DNA of 62,901 bases, filler included. It is 5 parts of 5 records of this genome, joined end to end, with 100 filler letters (N's around TTAATTAATTAA, not from the genome) between each part and the next. Parts side by side here need not be neighbours in the genome. Positions count along the whole stretch, not along the records: positions 56,836 to 62,901 come from SRR31156797_8151; 4 more parts are not named here. One strand, 5' to 3'. Both the position numbers and the translations under genes were made by a program. Under the pieces are notes generated by a model, which was not told the origin of the DNA, ran no database searches, and was given only the letters and a program-made list of their open reading frames with translations. This document shows positions 58,148 through 62,901 of this stretch, piece by piece. Position 1 is the stretch's first letter. Every line of letters starts with the position of its first letter.

Positions 58148-60637
58148 TCATTGATATATCTGGTACATCAAATCCGTCGCCTCGGTTTGGTCGAAAATGG
58201 CCTGTAACTGCTCAGTAAAGGGCTCATTCTCGGACATGCCTAATGGGGACTGTTGTGGGTCAACATCGGCCCCCGACAAAAGCCCGCCCCAAGCCACACG
58301 GTCCCCGTTTGACTTATTGGACTCCGGGGGAGTCCTGGTCGTGTTGTCTTCCATCGACGCAATTATGAATATCCACTTAAAAGTATCTGAATCGATGTCG
58401 TAAAAATGCCCCTTCGCCGTAAAGCTATTCACGGACGGAATATGTTTTTCCACGGCATCCTCTTCAAAAGGATCACACGAACAGACGCATCTTAATGGGT
58501 CATTGGGCTCCCCAGAGCATTCACCGCTCTGACTATAACCCCCCGTTTGGATTACATTAAAAATGGGAAGTTCAAGTCTAAGCGTTTTCGACTCTTCAAT
58601 CGAAGTGCTTCCCGTCCCGGTTTCACCTTCCACCCAGGACCCTTCCTTTAAAATGGATTCACGTTCAACGCTGGTATTTACAGCGTCTATGAATACCCCG
58701 CTGTTGTTTAATGCCGTGTACCGTTTCCCTGTTAAAAAAGTCTCATCGATGGTCCACAAGAAAGACCCCTCACACCACATTGGGTCCTCACCGCTATTCC
58801 CTGACGCTGAAGCGGTCCGTGTGCCCGTATTCGTTCCGAATTTGTTTAAGGCTGAGACCGTTACATTATACGGTTCCGACCAAGGACCGGGAGGATAGGG
58901 AAGAGCAGGTTTGCTTACCGTGGTCAAATCCAACAAAGTCTTTGCTTTCGTGAAGACCTCTTGATTATCAATCCAGTCTGAAATTTCAGACATGTGGATT
59001 GGGAATGTAACCGGATCACCATTATTGTCTACAATATCAGCAACAGCATCTTTTCTAATGTTCCAAACAGTACACATCTCCAAGCATGCCAGGTTCCCTG
59101 GAATATCACATGGGGGTTGCCTCTTGGTATATTCGCTAATATATCCCCATATGTAGAGATATGTACCTACTTCATGGACAACCTTCCCGACAACCGCATC
59201 TGTTTCATTCCCCAATCGTCCGCTGAAGACAAGGATATACTTTCCAGGCTCTTTTGCATCATTCGGTGCGGTAAAATCGATATTTCCGCTTTTTCCACCA
59301 CCCTCAATCACTGTTGTAATCGGAAAATCACCATGTTGCTCCGAAACTTTGACCCTCTCATCACCATCTTCCTTGTCGTAATACAGCTCAAACGTTCCAT
59401 CCATTTCCTCTTCCGTTAGATTCTCTATTACATAGCTGCCAGGATTATCAGGGTTTTCGATTAAATCCATTTTGCCCCGAAAGAAATAATCCAGAAGAGC
59501 CGCAGAATAGCCAACGGCTCGAGGGATGAGTATTTCAGAATAGTCTTCATGACATTTTTCGCTAAGATAAAATGTCATTAAATATTGGTCACTCCCGATC
59601 ATATCAGAAGTGTGATAAGTGGGCTGCACAAAATAATCCACTATCCTATCGCCATTTGCGTCGAATTTGCTGATATGAAATTCGGTGTCTCCGGCTTCAG
59701 CGTTTGTTTCGGGAGGTAAATTTTGATCTATATATTCCTGAATGTTTGTGTTTGACTTTTTTGGGTAAGGGAAATAATGCACGTGGCCTGGTTGATATTC
59801 TTCCGCGGCGAAAATCGTATCATCGCTAAAAAAATTCGCGTTCGTATATTCCGCAAGCCCTATTGAAAGACTAGTTGAGGGATTAGAACCATTGTATTCA
59901 TCCGCGTCAATGAATTGGGTTATGGGGACTAATGTGCCTCCGTTATAGCTGATTTCGGTATTGAGATTTACTGTTGGAGGGTCGGAAGATTGTGCGAACC
60001 CGTTTATGATGCCGTGATATTTCCTAGCCCACTTTTCCAAATGCAGGCCACCTATTTTATTGAATGGTAAAGGATGTTTATCATTCCTCACATGGGCGGG
60101 TACGGCCGTATCCTGAACCAGGTGCATCTGGTGCCCCAGACATCTGAAGGTTCTTGCGAAATTTTCCTGCCTGTCATCATCTATCTTTGATGTGAGAGAA
60201 AGGTAATAGCGATCCCTCGCCTCTTGCCATGTCCAATCATTTGACTGTTCGCCTTTACCCTGGGCCCAAAGAAGTGATGAGTCCCCCGAAAAAAAATCGT
60301 TCAATCCCGCGCTGTCCCAAGGCTTTAAGGGGTTATGGAAATGGTTCATGGGACGAATTCCATCGAAGTCCATTTTATCTTCAAGGACCGCCCCTTCTTG
60401 GAGCCACTTTTCGATTATTTGTTCTTTTCCCTCCCACTTCAGTGATTCTTCTATCCCTCCTTCAAATCCAAGGTTTCTAAGATAATCCCCTTTGGTCTCA
60501 CTTAACACTGAATTCTTCGCTGCATACAACGAAAGATCTTTATGAGTTGGGTTGGTTTCCCAAGACAAAGCCTTTTCATTTAAAATAGAGAGAATAAGAA
60601 CAATAAATATCGTAATCATGCAATTTTTTTTATTCAT
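58148..60637 (-). CDS. Secreted 829-aa protein with an N-terminal Zn-dependent phospholipase C/P1-nuclease-like domain
   Basis: Signal peptide ending ALS then W-ETNPT-H; NHFHNP; H-LVQ-D-TAV-P-A-H; beta-rich, Cys-containing C-terminal half. Confidence 0.7.
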   Translation of the reverse strand: MNKKNCMITIFIVLILSILNEKALSWETNPTHKDLSLYAAKNSVLSETKGDYLRNLGFEGGIEESLKWEGKEQIIEKWLQEGAVLEDKMDFDGIRPMNHFHNPLKPWDSAGLNDFFSGDSSLLWAQGKGEQSNDWTWQEARDRYYLSLTSKIDDDRQENFARTFRCLGHQMHLVQDTAVPAHVRNDKHPLPFNKIGGLHLEKWARKYHGIINGFAQSSDPPTVNLNTEISYNGGTLVPITQFIDADEYNGSNPSTSLSIGLAEYTNANFFSDDTIFAAEEYQPGHVHYFPYPKKSNTNIQEYIDQNLPPETNAEAGDTEFHISKFDANGDRIVDYFVQPTYHTSDMIGSDQYLMTFYLSEKCHEDYSEILIPRAVGYSAALLDYFFRGKMDLIENPDNPGSYVIENLTEEEMDGTFELYYDKEDGDERVKVSEQHGDFPITTVIEGGGKSGNIDFTAPNDAKEPGKYILVFSGRLGNETDAVVGKVVHEVGTYLYIWGYISEYTKRQPPCDIPGNLACLEMCTVWNIRKDAVADIVDNNGDPVTFPIHMSEISDWIDNQEVFTKAKTLLDLTTVSKPALPYPPGPWSEPYNVTVSALNKFGTNTGTRTASASGNSGEDPMWCEGSFLWTIDETFLTGKRYTALNNSGVFIDAVNTSVERESILKEGSWVEGETGTGSTSIEESKTLRLELPIFNVIQTGGYSQSGECSGEPNDPLRCVCSCDPFEEDAVEKHIPSVNSFTAKGHFYDIDSDTFKWIFIIASMEDNTTRTPPESNKSNGDRVAWGGLLSGADVDPQQSPLGMSENEPFTEQLQAIFDQTEATDLMYQIYQ

Positions 60638-61217
60638 ATCTTACACCTCCCCAAAGTGTCAGCGGTTTTAGGCCTCGGTCTATTCTATCTTTATTGATCT
60701 CTTTCAAATAAAACTTAACTTTTTGAAAAGCAGCTTCGCCAGGCGGGGAAGGAGCGGCCCCCTGCCTCCTCCTCTGCTTCATGGTCAACTTCCTAAGCGG
60801 TATAATGGGCTTGAACCCTTCCCATTTAACTTCTTCCATCCTAAGGCCCCTCCCTTCTTCTTTTTCTTCTAATGCATCCCATTCGAATTCTAAATATTCA
60901 TACCCGGCTTTGAAAATTATCGTCCACCGAACATTGCTCGTCAGTGCCCCCCCCTCAATTGAAAAATATCCATTTTTATCCGTCACCGTTTCCCGGGCAT
61001 CGCAGAATGTGTCAACACTGTCAGTTGACCAGAAAAAAGACTCCCTAAACCATGCCACGAGTACCACCACCCCTTCAATGGGGGCTCCCGTATCCGCATC
61101 GACTATCTTTCCATCGTATCCGATGTATGTGCCGGTGGAAAAAATAGCGGGTGTTGCGTAACAACCCATAAAACCCAGACAAGAAATACATAATAACATC
61201 TGAATAGTTTTTTTCAC
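60630..61217 (-). CDS. Lipoprotein with carboxypeptidase-regulatory-like (prealbumin-type) domain
   Basis: GTG at 61217 after AGGAGG; lipobox FMGC; GKIVDADTGAPIEGVVV...W...ETVTDKNGYFSI...IFKAGY; stop overlaps the next ATG. Confidence 0.8.
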   Translation of the reverse strand: MKKTIQMLLCISCLGFMGCYATPAIFSTGTYIGYDGKIVDADTGAPIEGVVVLVAWFRESFFWSTDSVDTFCDARETVTDKNGYFSIEGGALTSNVRWTIIFKAGYEYLEFEWDALEEKEEGRGLRMEEVKWEGFKPIIPLRKLTMKQRRRQGAAPSPPGEAAFQKVKFYLKEINKDRIDRGLKPLTLWGGVRYE

Positions 61218-61269
61218 GATTGCCTCCTGTCCCATGAAGGGAACCCCCCTGTCCTTTGGGGGAGTCATA

Positions 61270-62901
61270 TCAGTACCTGTATATCTTCCACAATCCCTTT
61301 TCATCTTTTGAAAAATAGATATAGTATGTAATGGTCAATATTTCTCCACCATCTAAACCATAAAGTTCATCCTTTCTTATGCGGTATTTTGCCAGGTTGT
61401 CTTCAGCATATATGAACTCAATATCCTGCATGTCTTGGACAATTTGGGGGAGATTGTCATAAAGAGTTGTATATATTTCCTCATAAAGCCCTTTTTTATG
61501 TTCGCTAAAATAATCCAATGCATTTTCAATATTCTGATTTCCGAGAGCCGCTTTCATCCCATCCCACTTGGCTCTCAGAAGCGCATCCAGTTCCACTTCA
61601 TCCATCACTCCGATGGCAATCGTATCGGTGTAAATGTTGTTTTCAGCATCTTCAACTTCTGCGGTGCAGTAATAAATTCCAGGGGTTGTCATTCTTACCG
61701 TGTATTCATACTCATTCGGATTATCTATATATTCCACGGCGCCAAGGCCTATGCATGTCATGGATGATTCGGTAAAACTGAATGACCCATCCACCTTCAA
61801 TGTCGTCTCAAAGGGCGCCACGCACGACTCCGTGTCTGCTGATAACCGTATATAGTCTTCCATTATATCAACATTAATCGTTATTGACGCGCTTGCGGTG
61901 TTCCCTTCCATATCCCTTGCATCGGCGGTAATGTTGTTTTCACCTTCCTGCAGAAGTACATGGTTTGCCGCAAACTGACCACCATATACCATAGCCGGCG
62001 TTCCATTGATGGTTACGCCTGTTTCACTCTGAGCGTTGGTTACTGTACACTGTACCATAATATCAGGTCCGGATATCCACTCGCCGTCAAGAGGCGAAGT
62101 TATTTCTAATGTCATGGGAGACATGGCGGTGACGGTCACATCGGCCGCGGTAGTACCCCCGGCACCCGTCGCCGTGATGGTGTAGGTGGTAGTCCCTGTT
62201 GGAGAGACGGTAATCGAGCCGGTTACATCCACACTACCGATGCCGGGTTCGATCACACAGTTATCCGCATTGGTGGCGGTCCATGTCAGGGTTGATGATT
62301 CACCAAGCTGAATGGCCTCCGGGTTCGCACTTATGCTCAAGCCGGGTTCCGGGTGGATTACCGTAACTGTAGCGCTAGCCGAAGCAGCGACGCCAAGACC
62401 CGTGGCTGTGATAACGTAGGTTTTGGTCTCGGCAGGCGATACTGAAATGGATCCATTTATGGGCACATCGCCGATGTCAGGCTCAATTACACAGGAATCG
62501 GCATGTTCAGTATCCCAAGTGATAGTGGATGAAGCACCGAACTGTATGGCCTCCGGAGAGGCGCTTATGCTGACTGTGGGCAGCGTATACCCCACCGTAA
62601 CGGTAACGCTGGCCTGTGCCGTGCCAAGAGTTCCCGATGCCGTGATAGTGTAGGTGGTGGTCTCGGTGGGGAAAACCGTGATCGACCCGTTCAAAGGCAC
62701 TTCGCCAACACCATTGTCGATAATGACCGCTTCGGCATGAGTAGAGGTCCATGACAGAGTGGCGGCATCACCACTGGCACGGGTGGTTTCCGGGTCAGCG
62801 GTTATGTTGGCCGTAGGAAACGCAAAAACATAGGCGGCACCGGAGTCATCTCCATGCTCATCGTCATCAGTGGCGCCTACAATGGCGTATTCCCCGCTGA
62901 T
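61270..62901 (-). CDS. Large surface/secreted protein, C-terminal part: FG-GAP repeat, three Ig/PKD-like repeats, Ig domains, distinct C-terminal domain; 5'-truncated by window edge
   Basis: Frame is open to 62901 (ISGEYAIVGATDDDEHGDDSGAAYVF = FG-GAP type); 3x 'W....A....I..G.G.V...GSI.V.P..T.TY.ITA.G'; ends LLRAKWDGMK...ITYYIYFSKDEKGLWKIYRY. Confidence 0.85.
   Translation of the reverse strand: MSGEYAIVGATDDDEHGDDSGAAYVFAFPTANITADPETTRASGDAATLSWTSTHAEAVIIDNGVGEVPLNGSITVFPTETTTYTITASGTLGTAQASVTVTVGYTLPTVSISASPEAIQFGASSTITWDTEHADSCVIEPDIGDVPINGSISVSPAETKTYVITATGLGVAASASATVTVIHPEPGLSISANPEAIQLGESSTLTWTATNADNCVIEPGIGSVDVTGSITVSPTGTTTYTITATGAGGTTAADVTVTAMSPMTLEITSPLDGEWISGPDIMVQCTVTNAQSETGVTINGTPAMVYGGQFAANHVLLQEGENNITADARDMEGNTASASITINVDIMEDYIRLSADTESCVAPFETTLKVDGSFSFTESSMTCIGLGAVEYIDNPNEYEYTVRMTTPGIYYCTAEVEDAENNIYTDTIAIGVMDEVELDALLRAKWDGMKAALGNQNIENALDYFSEHKKGLYEEIYTTLYDNLPQIVQDMQDIEFIYAEDNLAKYRIRKDELYGLDGGEILTITYYIYFSKDEKGLWKIYRY

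Noticed and set aside
1-62901. CRISPR array, cas genes, reverse transcriptase, integrase, full transposase or in-frame selenocysteine read-through
   Set aside because: No regularly spaced repeat-spacer array, no matching protein motifs and no convincing TGA read-through were seen by eye; very short or degenerate cases could have been missed.

Overview
The window is not one genomic locus. It joins five contigs with identical artificial 100-bp spacers (44 N + TTAATTAATTAA + 44 N at 13055-13154, 43981-44080, 50371-50470 and 56736-56835). Taxonomy is inferred from base composition and gene content only. Contigs 1 (1-13054) and 2 (13155-43980) are AT-rich and look like a marine Bacteroidota (Marinifilaceae-like). 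They carry housekeeping genes (pyrF, prfA, purM, type III glnA, prfC), a run of accessory genes starting at an attC-like site, an alkaline phosphatase/YibE pair, the RDD-SpoIIM-DUF4129-DUF4350-MoxR-DUF58 cluster, a 12-Cys metallothionein-like gene upstream of sigZ, and an LpxH/PlcP-like phosphoesterase plus glycosyltransferase pair. Contig 3 (44081-50370) is GC-rich and Planctomycetota-like, with two ECF sigma factors, an anti-sigma, trkH-trkA, a GTAG REP element and a secreted protein with an unrecognised ~39-aa repeat. Contig 4 (50471-56735) is Desulfobacterota-like: a tRNA 3' end, then three lipoprotein genes bracketed by a perfect 19-bp inverted repeat ~3 kb apart, an FKBP-methyltransferase fusion, a LigB-type dioxygenase and a Gate-domain protein. 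Contig 5 (56836-62901) holds a tightly linked three-gene unit (FG-GAP/Ig-repeat protein, lipoprotein, secreted protein with a Zn-phospholipase C/P1-nuclease-type N-terminus) followed by an N-truncated RHS gene. The best candidates for undescribed systems are this contig-5 unit, the inverted-repeat-bracketed lipoprotein module and the SigZ/Cys-rich peptide locus. All family assignments come from motif recognition by eye; no searches were run.
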